Of a stretch of DNA of 64,000 nucleotides, positions 1 through 11,172 are shown in pieces. A model generated the notes under the pieces. The model did not search any database, was not told where the DNA came from, and saw only the letters and a program-made list of their open reading frames with translations. A program made the position numbers and the translations under genes. Source of the stretch: an uncultured Candidatus Rokubacteria bacterium (GTDB lineage Bacteria; Methylomirabilota; Methylomirabilia; Rokubacteriales; CSP1-6); assembly GCA_963762145.1 (NCBI GenBank), contig CAVXJS010000019.1:356371-420370 (forward strand), read 5' to 3'. Every line of letters begins with the position of its first letter. The first letter of the stretch is position 1.

Positions 1-1
1 G

Positions 2-484
2 CAGTTCCTGCGCGACGTCAACTGGGGCCCGCTCGACTATCTGGTCTTCGACATGCCCCCGGGCACCGGCGACGCGCAGCTCTCGCTCTCGCAGGTCGTG
101 CCGCTCTCCGGCGTGGTCATGGTGACGACGCCCCAGGACGTGGCGCTGCTCGACGTGCGCAAGGCGCTCGGCATGTTCCGGAAGCTCAACGTGCCGATCC
201 TGGGCATCGTCGAGAACATGAGCTACTTCATCGCGCCCGACACCGGCCGTCGCTACGGCATCTTCGGCGAGGGCGGCGGCCAGCGCGTGGCCGAGGAGTT
301 CGGCGTGCCGCTCCTCGGGCAGATCCCGCTGGAGATGGAGACGCGCGAGGGCGGCGACGCCGGCGTGCCCATCACGGTCGGCCGGCGCGACTCGGCCCAG
401 GCGCAGGCCTTCCGGAAGATCGCCGCCGCCGTCGTCGCGCGGGTGGACGCGGTGGCCGCGCTCAAGCTTCCCAGCATCGGGTAG
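2..484 (+). CDS. mrp: Mrp/NBP35 (ApbC) Fe-S carrier ATPase, 5'-truncated
   Basis: QFLRDVNWGPLDYLVFDMPPGTGD, VTTPQDVA and GIVENMS motifs; open from the window edge. Confidence 0.92.
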   Translation, partial: QFLRDVNWGPLDYLVFDMPPGTGDAQLSLSQVVPLSGVVMVTTPQDVALLDVRKALGMFRKLNVPILGIVENMSYFIAPDTGRRYGIFGEGGGQRVAEEFGVPLLGQIPLEMETREGGDAGVPITVGRRDSAQAQAFRKIAAAVVARVDAVAALKLPSIG

Positions 485-490
485 CGTCGG

Positions 491-1131
491 TTGGCGGCCC
501 AGATCTCGCTGCCGATCTTCCCGCTGCCCGACCTCACGTTCTTCCCGCACACCTTGCTGCCGCTGCACATCTTCGAGGCCCGCTACCGGGCCATGATCAC
601 GGACTGCCTGTCGCGCGACAAGCGCCTGGCCGTGGTCGGGCTCAAGCCGGGCTACGAGGCCAGCTACGAGGGCAAGCCCCCCGTCTACGCGGTCTGCGGG
701 GTGGGGCGCATCGTGCAGTGGGAGCGCCTGGCCTCGGGACGCTTCAACCTGCTCCTGCGGGGCGAAGGCCGGGTGCGCATCGATCGCGAGCTGCCCACCG
801 ACACGCTCTACCGGATGGTGGCCGCCACACCGCTCGCCGAGACGGCGGCCGACGCCCGCGGCGCTCGCGGCCCTGGCCGGACGGGTCAAGGCGCGCTGCC
901 GGCAGATCCTCACCGCCCTCGGGCGCTCGAACGAGGAGCTCCTCGGCATGATGGACGGTCTCGACCAGCCGGCCGAGCTCTGCGACCAGGTCGCCGCGGC
1001 CCTGGTGCCTCTGGCCTCGGCCCGCCAGGCGCTCCTGGAGGAGCTCGACGTGGAGCGGCGGCTCGAGCGCCTCGCGGGGGCGCTGGACGCCCTCCTGAGC
1101 CAGCTCACCGGGGAAGGGGGCCGCGCCGTGA
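491..1131 (+). CDS. LON peptidase substrate-binding (Lon-N) domain protein, frameshifted near 870
   Basis: LPIFPL..FFPHTLLPLHIFEARYRAM; continues in another frame as RQALLEELDVERRLERL; probable stop TGA 1129-1131 in a GTGA overlap. Confidence 0.8.
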
Positions 1132-1817
1132 GGCGCGCGATGACCGCGCTGCTCCTGGCCGCGAGCCTGCTCGCCCCCGCGGCGGAGGCGACGACGCGCT
1201 GGGGATGGCTCGGCGTGCGCATCCGCGACCTGTCCGAGCAGGAGATGGAGGAGATCTCGCAGAAGTTCGGCCTGCGCGAGGGCTTCGGCGCGGTGATCGT
1301 CGAGGTGATCAAGGAGACGCCGGCGGCCGCCGCCGGCCTGCGCACCGGGGACCTGGTCGTGGCCTTCAGCGACCGCCCGGTGGTGGATACCCGGGGCCTG
1401 CAGCGCGCCATCGCGTCCACCACCGTCGGCGAGAGCGTGAAGCTCACCGTGCTGCGCCGCGAGGAGGGCCGCCGGCCGGTGCAGGTGAAGGTCGGCGCGA
1501 TGCCCGACGCGGTGGCGGCGGAGCGCGTCGCCGCCGAGTACGGCTTCTTCGTTCGCGACCCGGAGGGCCAGCCCGAGCTGGGGGGCGTCCGCCCTCCCGC
1601 GGCGCCGTCGGTCGCCGCGGTCCTGCCGCGGAGCCGCGCGGAGCGGGCCGGGCTGCGGGTCGGCGACGTCCTCACCGAGGTCAACGGCCGGCCGGTCGTC
1701 ACGCTCGACGCGGTCCGGGAGGCCCTGCTGGCGGCCGGCCCGGATGGCCCGCTCCCATTGATCGTGCGGCGGGACCGGGAGCGGGTGATGGTCACGCTCG
1801 AGCCCGTGGACCGCTGA
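1128..1817 (+). CDS. Exported tandem PDZ-domain protein
   Basis: Signal-like MRRAMTALLLAASLLAPAAEA; GWLGVRI, TPAAAAGLRTGDLVVAF and SRAERAGLRVGDVLTEVNG PDZ motifs. Confidence 0.8.
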   Translation: MRRAMTALLLAASLLAPAAEATTRWGWLGVRIRDLSEQEMEEISQKFGLREGFGAVIVEVIKETPAAAAGLRTGDLVVAFSDRPVVDTRGLQRAIASTTVGESVKLTVLRREEGRRPVQVKVGAMPDAVAAERVAAEYGFFVRDPEGQPELGGVRPPAAPSVAAVLPRSRAERAGLRVGDVLTEVNGRPVVTLDAVREALLAAGPDGPLPLIVRRDRERVMVTLEPVDR

Positions 1818-1828
1818 ATCCCCGCGGG

Positions 1829-1852
1829 AACCCCGGCGTCGAGGCCGGGGTT
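1829..1852 (+). terminator. GC-rich hairpin after the PDZ gene
   Basis: AACCCCGGC-gtcgag-GCCGGGGTT inverted repeat. Confidence 0.5.
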
Positions 1853-1941
1853 GCTTGAGGAAAGTTGTTAGCCCCCGGGGGCATGGCCGGGGTAAGATTT
1901 CCCCAATTCCACCACCAATTCCTCGTCAAAGGAGACGACCG

Positions 1942-3079
1942 ATGAGCAACCAGCAGACAGCAGTCGAGGCCCCACGCCGGCGCTTTCTGAAGGGCGCCGC
2001 GGCGGCGGGTGTGGCGACGCTCGGCTTCCCCATGGTCGCCAAGGCCCAAGGGCCCATCTCCATGCGCTGGCAGTCGCACCTGGCCGGCCAAGGACATCTT
2101 CCACGAGTACGCCACGGACTTCGCGAAGAAGGTCAACGACATGACCGGCGGCGACCTCAAGATCGAGGTGCTGCCCGCCGGCGCGGTCGTTCCGGCGTTC
2201 GGCCTGCTCGACGCGGTGTCGAAGGGCACGCTCGACGGCGGCCACGGCGTGCTCGTGTATCACTACGGCAAGCAGACCGCGCTGGCGCTCTGGGGCTCCG
2301 GCCCGGCCTTCGGGATGGACGCCAACATGCTGCTGTCCTGGCACAAGTACGGCGGGGGCAAGCAGCTCCTCGACAAGCTCTACAAGTCGGTCAACGCCAA
2401 CGTGGTCTCGTTCCCCTACGGACCGATGCCCACCCAGCCGCTCGGGTGGTTCAAGAAGCCGGTGACCAAGCCGGACGACTTCAAGGGGCTCAAGTTCCGC
2501 ACGGTCGGCATCTCCATCGACGTGTTCACGGGCCTGGGCGCCGCGGTGAACGCACTGCCCGGCGGCGAGATCGTGCCGGCCATGGATCGCGGCCTCCTCG
2601 ACGCGGCCGAGTTCAACAACGCGACGTCGGACCGGATCCTGGGCTTCGCGGACGTCTCGAAGGTCTGCATGCTGCAGAGCTACCACCAGAACGCCGAGCA
2701 GTTCGAGATCAGCTTCAACAAGACCAAGTACGACGGCCTCCCCGACAAGATGAAGGCGATCATCGAGGACGCGGTCGAGGCCGCCTCCGCCGACATGTCG
2801 TGGAAGGCGGTGGATCGCTACTCCAAGGACTACGTCGAGCTGCAGACCAAGGACAAGGTCCGGTTCTACAAGACGCCGGACGCGCTGCTGCAGAGGCAGC
2901 TCGACGCCTATGACGCCGCCGCCGACAAGAAGGCGGCCGACAACCCGCTCTTCAAGGAGATCGTGGAGTCGCAGCGCGTCTTCGCGGCGCGGGCGGTGAA
3001 GTGGGATCTCGACACCAACGTGAACCGCCGGATGGCCTACAACCACTACTTCAACAAGCCGGCCGCGAAGAAGAGCTAG
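1942..3079 (+). CDS. TRAP transporter substrate-binding protein (DctP/TakP-like) with Tat signal, frameshift near 2075
   Basis: AAGGAG RBS; PRRRFLK twin-Arg; MRWQS-TWP, GGDLKIEVLPAG, GLKFRT, PGGEIVPAMDRGLLDAAEF. Confidence 0.9.
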
Positions 3080-3096
3080 TCCGGCCGTGACCAGCG

Positions 3097-3137
3097 AGCA
3101 GGCCGGCAACCGGCTCCCGCCGGGTGGCCGGCCTGCT
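3097..3137 (+). terminator. Intergenic hairpin between the SBP and permease genes (stabiliser or partial terminator)
   Basis: AGCAGGCCGG...CCGGCCTGCT stem. Confidence 0.5.
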
Positions 3138-3159
3138 TGGTGTCCGGGCCCCTGACTCC

Positions 3160-3864
3160 ATGAGCACCCTGCGCTTCATCCACGCCGTCGACCAGGTGAG
3201 CTACTGGTCGGGCAAGACCTTCGCCTGGCTGATCGTCGCCCTCACCTTCGTGGTGTCGATCGAGGTCTTCAAGCGCTACATCCTGAACGCCCCCACCGCA
3301 TGGATCTTCGACTTCAACAACATGCTGTACGGCACCCTGTTCATGATGTGCGGGGCCTACACCCTGGCCCAGGCCGGTCACGTGCGCGCCGACTTCATCT
3401 ACATCTACATGAGGCCGCGCGGGCAGGCCACCCTCGACCTGACGCTCTACCTGCTGTTCTTCATGCCGTGCATGCTCGGCCTCATCTACGCGGGGGGCGG
3501 CTTCGCGCTGGACTCGTGGCGTATCGGCGAGCACTCGACGGTCACCGCGGAGGGGCCGCCGGTCTACCACTTCAAGACGGTGATCCCGATCGCGGGCGTG
3601 CTGGTCATGCTGCAGGGGCTGGCCGAGATCGTCCGCTGCGTGGTCTGCCTCCGCACCGGGGAGTGGCCCGCGCGCCTCGCCGACGTCGAGGAGATCGACG
3701 TCATCGACACCCAGCTCGGCCACAGCCAGTACGTGGACGAGGAGTCGAGGCGGGCCGCCATGGAGGGCGCGAAGGCGATCGAGGAGGCCGCGCGCCACCG
3801 GAGCGTGATGGAGGAGGGCGTCGTGCACGAGCGGGCGGTGCGCGAGGACGACAAGCGACCGTGA
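3160..3864 (+). CDS. TRAP transporter small permease (DctQ)
   Basis: Four hydrophobic segments; EVFKRYILNAPTAW and AYTLAQAGHVRADF. Confidence 0.88.
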   Translation: MSTLRFIHAVDQVSYWSGKTFAWLIVALTFVVSIEVFKRYILNAPTAWIFDFNNMLYGTLFMMCGAYTLAQAGHVRADFIYIYMRPRGQATLDLTLYLLFFMPCMLGLIYAGGGFALDSWRIGEHSTVTAEGPPVYHFKTVIPIAGVLVMLQGLAEIVRCVVCLRTGEWPARLADVEEIDVIDTQLGHSQYVDEESRRAAMEGAKAIEEAARHRSVMEEGVVHERAVREDDKRP

Positions 3865-5918
3865 GCGATCCGTCCTTCGGCCTCATCATGCTGGGCCTGA
3901 TCGTGGTCGCGATCATGATGGGCTACCCGACCGCGTTCACGTTGATGGGCCTCGGCATGGTCTTCGGCTTCCTCGCCTTCTGGATCCCGGACGCCCACTG
4001 GTACGACAACCGCGTCTTCGACCTGATCGCGCAGCGGACCTACGGCGTGATGACGAACGACACGCTGCTCTCGGTCCCCCTGTTCGTCTTCATGGGTTAC
4101 GTGATGGAGCGCGCGGCGCTCGTGGACCGCATGTTCCACAGCGTGCAGCTCGCGTTCCGCCGGGTGCCCGCCTCCCTGGCGGTGACCACGCTGCTGGTGT
4201 GCGCGTTCTGGGGCATCGCGTCCGGCATCGTGGGCGCGGTGGTGGTCCTGATGGGCGTCATCGCGCTGCGGCCGATGCTGAAGGCGGGCTACGATATCCG
4301 GCTGGCTTCGGGCGCCATCACCGCGGGCGGGACACTGGGCATCCTGATCCCGCCGTCGGTCATGCTGATCGTCTACGCGGCGGTGGCGGGTCAGTCCATC
4401 GTCAAGCTGTACGCGGCTGCGATGCTGCCGGGCTTCTTCCTGACGTTCCTCTACCTCGTCTACATCCTGGGATGGGCGATCATCAATCCGAAGATCGCGC
4501 CCAAGCTCGGGCCAGACGAGTACCGGGTCGCGGTGCCCGAGGCGCTCCAGCGTCTCGAGCGCGGACCGCAGCGCCGGATCGTGCCGGGGCTGCTGGCCGC
4601 GCTGGTGCGCCCGAGCCTGACCCGCGCGACCGGCTACCGGACGGTGCTGGCGAACCTGGCCGCGATCGCGGTGCCGGTAGTGCTGACCGCGGGGACCCTG
4701 GGCGTCACGTGGTGGTACGTGGTGGTCTACAACGCCCCCGAGGTGGTGGCGGCGGCTCCCGCGGCCCCGCTCGCCGCGGCGGCACCGCTGGCCCAGCCCG
4801 CCGCGCCGGCGGCTCCCGCGGCCAAGGAAGAGAAGCCGCAGGAGCTGGGCGCGGCGGTCCCGGGCGAGAAGGAAGAGCAGCCCCAGGAGCTCGGCTCGGG
4901 CTCCGAACCGGAGTCGACGGAGCGGGGACCCGACGGCAAGCTCGAGGAGATGTCCTCGGCCCGCGAGGTGCCCACCGGGCCGGCGGCGAGCAAGGTCCCC
5001 GCGAACTTCATCGCCTGGTTCGTGGGCGTCGCCGCCCTCCTGGCCTTGATCCTCCTGTTCTACTTCTGGCGCATGGATGGCGAGCAGCTCGAGATCCTGA
5101 AGGAGCTCATCGCCTCGGTGGTGCCGCTCGGCGTGCTCACCGCGGTGGTGCTCGCAGTGATCCTGTTCGGCATCTGCACCGCCACCGAGTCGGCCGCGAT
5201 CGGCGCGCTGGGCGCGCTCTACCTCGCGGTGATGGCCAAGTTTCGCAAGGAAGTCCTGTGGTGGAGCCTCGCGGGCGCGATCGCGGGCTTCACGCTCGGG
5301 TGGTACGAGAACGAGCCGTGGATGTCCATGCTGGTGGCGGCGTCCATCGGGGGCACCTTCCTGGGGACGGTCGCGCCCGGGTTGCTGCACCTGCGCGACT
5401 CGGAGCTGCGCGAGAACCTCAAGCAGTCCACCTTCCTGACCGCCAAGACCACCGCGATGGTCTGCTGGCTCTTCGTCGGCTCCGCGCTCTTCTCGGCCGT
5501 GTTCGCGCTGCACGGCGGGCAGTCCCTGATCGAGAACTGGGTGCTCAGCATGAACCTCTCGCCGCTCGGGTTCCTGTTCGTCGCCCAGGTCCTGATCTTC
5601 CTGCTCGGCTGGCCGCTCGAGTGGACCGAGATCATCGTGATCTTCTGCCCGATCTTCATCCCCCTGCTGAGCCACTTCGACATCGACCCGATCCTGTTCG
5701 GGACCATGGTGGCGGTGAACCTGCAGGCCGCGTTCCTGTCCCCGCCCGTGGCCATGTCCGCGTTCTACCTCAAGGGCGTGGCCCCCAAGCACGTGACGCT
5801 CAACCAGATCTTCGCGGGGATGATGCCGTACATGCTGATCGTGCTCGTGTGCCTGGCGTTCATGTACATCTGGCCGGGCATGACGCTCTGGCTGCCGAAC
5901 TTCCTGTACGGCAACTAG
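3861..5918 (+). CDS. TRAP transporter large permease (DctM) with a long internal insertion
   Basis: GTG overlapping the dctQ stop; SVPLFVFMG, GGTLGILIPPS, TATESAAIG, LSPPVAMSAFYLKG. Confidence 0.9.
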   Translation: MSDPSFGLIMLGLIVVAIMMGYPTAFTLMGLGMVFGFLAFWIPDAHWYDNRVFDLIAQRTYGVMTNDTLLSVPLFVFMGYVMERAALVDRMFHSVQLAFRRVPASLAVTTLLVCAFWGIASGIVGAVVVLMGVIALRPMLKAGYDIRLASGAITAGGTLGILIPPSVMLIVYAAVAGQSIVKLYAAAMLPGFFLTFLYLVYILGWAIINPKIAPKLGPDEYRVAVPEALQRLERGPQRRIVPGLLAALVRPSLTRATGYRTVLANLAAIAVPVVLTAGTLGVTWWYVVVYNAPEVVAAAPAAPLAAAAPLAQPAAPAAPAAKEEKPQELGAAVPGEKEEQPQELGSGSEPESTERGPDGKLEEMSSAREVPTGPAASKVPANFIAWFVGVAALLALILLFYFWRMDGEQLEILKELIASVVPLGVLTAVVLAVILFGICTATESAAIGALGALYLAVMAKFRKEVLWWSLAGAIAGFTLGWYENEPWMSMLVAASIGGTFLGTVAPGLLHLRDSELRENLKQSTFLTAKTTAMVCWLFVGSALFSAVFALHGGQSLIENWVLSMNLSPLGFLFVAQVLIFLLGWPLEWTEIIVIFCPIFIPLLSHFDIDPILFGTMVAVNLQAAFLSPPVAMSAFYLKGVAPKHVTLNQIFAGMMPYMLIVLVCLAFMYIWPGMTLWLPNFLYGN

Positions 5919-5924
5919 CGACCC

Positions 5925-7323
5925 ATGGGATCTCGGGAGCCGTGGGAGCTTTCGGCCGCGGAAGCGGGGGGATTGATGCGCGCCGGGCGCATCACTTCGG
6001 TCGAGCTGGTCGAGAGCTGCCTGGGGCGCATTCGCGACACGGAGCCCCAGGTGGAGGCGTGGATCCACCTCGACCCTGAGTATGCGGTGGCACAGGCCAA
6101 AGCCGCGGATGAGTGGAGATTATCAGGTCGCCCGATCGGAGGGTTGCACGGGGTCCCGATCGGGCTGAAGGACATCATCGACACGGCCGACATGCCGACC
6201 GAGAACGGGTCGGTCCTGCATGCGGGGCGGACGCCGTCCCGGGATGCGGCGGTGGTGGAGCGGCTCCGGGCGGCGGGGGCGGTGATCATGGGCAAGACGG
6301 TGACCACGGAGTTCGCCACGCGGACGGCGGGCAAGACACGCAACCCGCACAATCCGGCGCATACGCCGGGGGGCTCGTCGAGCGGGTCGGCGGCGGCGGT
6401 CGCCGCGGGGATGGTGCCGCTCTCGCTCGGGAGCCAGACCGGCGGCTCCACGATCCGGCCCGGGTCCTACTGCGGCGTCTATGCCCTCAAGCCCACCCAC
6501 GGTCTCGTGTCGCGGCACGGGATGTTCCAGCTCTCGCGCAGCCTCGACCACGTCGGGCTCTTCGCGCGCACGATCGAGGATGTGGCCCTGCTCGCTGGAG
6601 GACATCGCGGGCTACGACGAGCGCGATCCCGACACGCATCCGCGGGGGCGGGGCGCCTATCGCGCGGTGGCGATCGAGGAGCCGCCGATCGAGCCGCGCT
6701 TCGGATTCTTCCGGTCGGGGCGGTGGGATCGCATCGCGGAGGACGCCCAGGCGGCGCTCGGGGAGGTGGTCGAGCACCTGGGCGGGCGCGTGGAGGAGTT
6801 CGAGCTGAGCGCCGGCGCCGACGAGCTGGCCCGGTGGCACGCCGTGATCATGGACTCGGAGGTGGCGGTCAACCTGCGGCGGGAGTGGGAGACCGGGCGC
6901 GATCGGCTATCGGCGCCCCTGCGCGCGCGCATCGAGGCCGGGCACGCAGGTGCGGGCGCCCGAGTACCTGGCCGCGCGGGCGGCGGCGGGCCCGCTCCTG
7001 GCCACGTTCACCGAGCTCTTCGAGCAGCGCTACGACGCGATCCTCACGCCCGCGGTGCACGGGACGGCGCCGGCCGGCCTGGAGTCCACCGGCGAGCCGA
7101 CCTTCTGCACCCGTGGACGATGCTGGGCCTGCCCTCGGTGAGCCTGCCGCTCCTCCAGGGCGCCAACGGGCTGCCGCTCGGCGTGCAGCTCGTCGGGCCG
7201 CGCCACGGCGACGGGCGGCTGCTGCGCACCGCGCGCTGGCTCGCCGGAGTCCGTGGGGGCCTAGGACCCACCCCTCATCCGGCACCCCTCACCCTGCCCT
7301 CTCCCCTCAGGGGAGAGGGTTAA
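5925..7323 (+). CDS. Amidase signature family protein, several frameshifts
   Basis: HGVPIGLKD, GKTVTTEF, TPGGSSSGSAAAV, GSQTGGSTIRPGSYCG, GLPLGVQLVG. Confidence 0.88.
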
Positions 7324-7366
7324 AATGACTCCCTCTCCCCCCTGGGGAGAGGGTTGGGGTGAGGGG
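7285..7366. repeat. REP-like family A, inverted pair
   Basis: CCCCTCACCCTGCCCTCTCCCCTCAGGGGAGAGGG followed by an inverted copy CCCTCTCCCC..GGGGAGAGGGTTGGGGTGAGGGG. Confidence 0.85.
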
Positions 7367-7388
7367 CGGGCGGTATACTACCGGGGAC

Positions 7389-9156
7389 ATGATCGTCCTC
7401 GGCATCAACGAGACCCACTGCGCGACCGCCGCCGTCCTGCGGGACGGGCGCATCATCGGCTGCGCCTCCGAGGAGCGCTTCACCCGGCTCAAGAACGACG
7501 CCGGCTACCCGCGCCGCGCGATCGATGCGCTCCTCGCCGAGCTCGGGATCACGCCCCGGCAGATCGACGTGGTGGCCCTCGCGGGCGCGCGCGCGGCCTC
7601 CCGCGAGTGGCTGAACCGGGTGCTCCACGACGAGGAGTACATCAAGGAGTACTACGGCGTGTCGTGGCCGTCGCCGCCGCCGCGCCCTCGAGAAGAAGCG
7701 TGCGGAAGTGGGGCGCCAAGTTCGGGCTCATCGACGCCTCGCGGGGCAAGTTCGGCATCTCGCAGCGCGAGCGGCTGGGGCTCGTCACCGAGCACCTGGG
7801 CATCGCGGCCGACCGCATCGTGTGCCTCGACCACCACACGTGCCACGCCGCCGCCGCCTACTGGGGCTCGGGCTTCGCGGGACGCGACGCGCTCGTCCTC
7901 ACCAACGACAACTCGGGCGACGGGCTGTGCGCGACCGCGTCCACCGGCCGGGGCCTCGCGCTCGACCGCCACGAGGCCTCCCCGAGCGCGCCGGGCTCGC
8001 TGGGCGCCTTCTACTCGTTCGTGACGCTCGCGATGGGGATGAAGTTCGGCGAGCACGAGTACAAGGTGATGGGCATGGCGCCGTACGCGCCCGAGACAGT
8101 ACGCCGCGCGCGCGGAGGCGGCGCTGCGCGAGGTGTTCGATCTCGAGGAGGGCCGGCCCGCGCGCTTCCGCTGGCGCGCCCAGGGCGAGCGCTACCAGCT
8201 GCTGCTGCGCGCCATGGTCGGCCTGCGCTTCGACTGGGTCGCGGGCGGCGCCCAGCGCCTCCTCGAGGACGTGCTGCTGCGCTGGAGCCGGCTGATGCGC
8301 CAGCGCTACGGCGGCGCGCGCCTCGCGCTGGGCGGCGGGCGTCTTCATGAACGTGAAGGCCAACATGCTGCTCGGCCAGCGAGGACTGGGTCGAGGAGCT
8401 CTTCGCGTTTCCGTCGTGCGGCGACGAGTCCAACGCGGTGGGCGCGGCGTATCTCGGCTACGTGCAGGAGTGCGCGCGTCGCGGCGTGGCCGCCGCGCCC
8501 GCGCCGTTCGGCCCCGCGTACCTGGGCCCCGCGGTGACCGACGAGGAGGCGGAGGCCGTGATCCGCGAGCGCGCGACCTCGAGGGGCGGTACAAGGTGGC
8601 GTTCCACGAGCGCATCGAGGAGCGCATCGCGGAGCTCCTGGTCTCGGACGGCGTCGTGGCCCGCTGCGCGGGCCGGATGGAGTTCGGCGCGCGCGCGCTC
8701 GGCAACCGCTCGATCCTGGCCAATCCCGTCGGACCACCGCGTGGTCGGCCTGATCAACCGGATGATCAAGAACCGCGACTTCTGGATGCCGTTCGCTCCG
8801 ACCGTGCTGGCCGAGCGGGCGGCGGACTACCTGGTCAATCCCGAAGGGCTTCGCCTCGCCCTACATGATGCTGGCGATGCCGACGCGCCCGGAGGCGCGG
8901 GACGCCCTGGCCGCCGCGCTCCATCCCCACGATGCCACCGCGCGGCCGCAGATCCTGGAGCGCGACGTGGAACCCGGAGTACCACGCGGTGATCCGCGAG
9001 TTCGAGCGGCGGACCGGCGTCGGCGCGGTGCTCAACACCTCGTTCAACCTGCACGGCGAGCCCATCGTCTGCGGGGCCGCGGACGCCGTCGACACCTTCG
9101 AGCGGTCCGGCCTGCCGCACCTGGCGGTCGGCCACTGGCTGATGTCGAAGAAGTAG
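7389..9156 (+). CDS. NodU/CmcH-family carbamoyltransferase, multiple frameshifts
   Basis: MIVLGI..HCATAAV..SEERFTRLKN, DHHTCHAAAAY, HEYKVMGMAPY, MNVKAN, MEFGARALGNRSILA, FWMPFAP, VLNTSFNLHGEPIV. Confidence 0.9.
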
Positions 9157-9190
9157 GGCGACCCTCACCTAGACCACCCTTACCCGACCA

Positions 9191-9225
9191 CCCCTCACCC
9201 TGCCCTCTCCCCTGAGGGGAGAGGG
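9191..9225. repeat. REP-like family A, single copy between convergent genes
   Basis: CCCCTCACCCTGCCCTCTCCCCTGAGGGGAGAGGG. Confidence 0.85.
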
Positions 9226-9244
9226 GGATAGGGAGGGACGGCCC

Positions 9245-10191
9245 TTAATAGCCGAGGGCGCGGTCGACCTGGTAGCGGAGCGGGCGGTTGGCGGTGTAGC
9301 GGCGGAGGTTGTCGTCGAAGATGGGCCCGATCTCGCGCGGGGTGCTCGGGCCCGAGATGTGCGGGGTGACCACCACGTTGTCGAAGTCCCAGAGGGGATG
9401 GTCGGCGGGCAGGGGCTCGGTGTCGAAGACGTCGAGCACCGCGCCGCCGATCCGGCGCCCGCGTAGCGCCTCGAGCAGTGCCGGCCTCGTCCACGATCGG
9501 CCCGCGCGCCAGGTTGAGCAGCCACGCGGTCGGCTTCATCGCGGCCAGCTCGGCCGGGCCCAGGAGGCCGCGGGTCTCCTCGCTCAAGCGGCAGCGTCAG
9601 GACCACGAAGTCGGCGCGCGCGAGCGCCGCGCGGAGGGCCTTCGTCCGGTAGACGCGCACGGCGTCACGCGCGGCGCGGCCGCTCCGGGTGACTCCGATC
9701 ACCTGCATGCCGAGGGCGCGGGCCGTCTTCGCGATGGTGCGGCCGATATCGCCGAGGCCGACGACGCAGAGGGTCTGGCCGCGCAGGGGCACCGGGTCCA
9801 CCGGCGCCCAGCGCCGCTGCCGCTGGCTCGCCCGGAAGCCGTCCATGCGCTGCGTGACCCAGAGGCACCAGCCCAGCGTGTACTCGGCCATCCACGGGCC
9901 GAAGATGCCGGCGGCGCGGGTCACCCGCACGCCCGGGGGTAGCTCGGGTACGAGCAGGCGCTCGACGCCGGCGCCCATGCACTGGATCCAGCGGAGGCCC
10001 TTGGCGCCCGCGAGCAGCGGGCGCGGCGGGCCCCAGCAGTAGAAGATCTCCGCGTCGGCGCCCGGCCCGGCGGCCTCTTCCGGGGTGGAGGCCACGTGGA
10101 CGCGGAAGGCGCGCGACGGCAGACGGATGAGATCGGCGTAGGCGCGGGCTTCCGCCGGGTCGGGGTAATACACGAGAATGCTGCGGGTCAC
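9245..10191 (-). CDS. D-2-hydroxyacid dehydrogenase (GhrA-like), frameshifts
   Basis: LRWIQCMGAGVE, VVGLGDIG, VVLTLPL, LNLARG, LDVFDTEPLP, VVTPHISG. Confidence 0.88.
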
Positions 10192-11156
10192 GCGCCGATC
10201 TTGGCGAGGAGCCGGTCTTCGAAGGAGAAGTCCACCGGCCGATCGGCCGCCCCCTGGGCCCGATACCAGTCCCAGGTCTGGGCGAGCCCCGCGTGGAGTG
10301 TGTAGCGGGGACGGAGGCCGAGCTCGTTGCGCAGCTTCGTGGTGGTGTGAACCGCGTGGCACTCGTAGACGAGGTTCTGCCCGAAGACGGGGCCCGGCTT
10401 GTCGAAGCTCTTGAGCAGGGCCGCGTCGAAGTGCCGCAGCGTGACCGGCCGGCCGATCACCTCGGCGATGAGCTCGACGAAGCCCACCTGGCTCACCACG
10501 TCCTCGCCCATCACGTTGTAGGCCTGCCCGTAGGCCCGCGCGTCGCCCAGCAGCGTGGCCATGACCTCGGCCAGGTCCTCGACGTGACCGAACTGCCGCA
10601 GCCAGCCGCCGTGGCCCGGCACCAGCACCGGCCGTCCACGGCTGATCCGGTCCATGAAGAAGGTTTCGTTGTTGCGGGTGTTGAGCGGGCCCATCACGTG
10701 GGTGGGACGGACGATGGTCACCGGCAGCCCGCGCTCCCGGAAGCGCGCGAGGAGCACGTCCTCCCCGCCGATCTTGTGCCGGGCGTAGTCGCCCCAGTAG
10801 AAATTCCGCGCGGTCTCCTCGGAGTAGGGAACCGGCAGCGCGTGATCGTAGACGCGGCACGTGGACACGAAGAAGACGTGCGGGGAGCCGGGAAGGGCGT
10901 CCACCAGCGCGGTCACGTCCTCCGGCAGGGTCGGCGCGTAGGTGACGTCGTAGACGCCGTCCCACCGGGTGCCGCGCAGCCGCTCGCGGAGCCCCGCGTG
11001 ATCCTTCCGGTCGCCGACGATCGCGGCGACGCCGGGGGGCAGCCGGTCGGGATGACGCCCCCGGTTGAAGACGGTGACCTCGTGACCCCGCTGCTGGAGG
11101 GCCCGGAGCAGGTGCAGGCTGATGAACTCGGTGCCGCCCATGACGAGCACGCGCAT
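10188..11156 (-). CDS. NAD-dependent epimerase/dehydratase (atypical SDR)
   Basis: MRVLVMGGTEFIS, VFNRG, YARHK, IVRPTHVMGP. Confidence 0.85.
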   Translation of the reverse strand: MRVLVMGGTEFISLHLLRALQQRGHEVTVFNRGRHPDRLPPGVAAIVGDRKDHAGLRERLRGTRWDGVYDVTYAPTLPEDVTALVDALPGSPHVFFVSTCRVYDHALPVPYSEETARNFYWGDYARHKIGGEDVLLARFRERGLPVTIVRPTHVMGPLNTRNNETFFMDRISRGRPVLVPGHGGWLRQFGHVEDLAEVMATLLGDARAYGQAYNVMGEDVVSQVGFVELIAEVIGRPVTLRHFDAALLKSFDKPGPVFGQNLVYECHAVHTTTKLRNELGLRPRYTLHAGLAQTWDWYRAQGAADRPVDFSFEDRLLAKIGA

Positions 11157-11172
11157 GACGGCGATGATTCTA

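Noticed and set aside
948-1817. Apparent Lon-N/PDZ fusion ORF
   Set aside because: A GTGA stop/start overlap and a signal peptide at 1128 follow G homopolymers; a single indel error explains the fusion.
3564-6068. Long antisense and alternate-frame ORFs (e.g. 3564-6068, 49116-51176, 35530-37818)
   Set aside because: Arg/Gly/Pro-rich shadow ORFs expected in very high-GC DNA; no family motifs.
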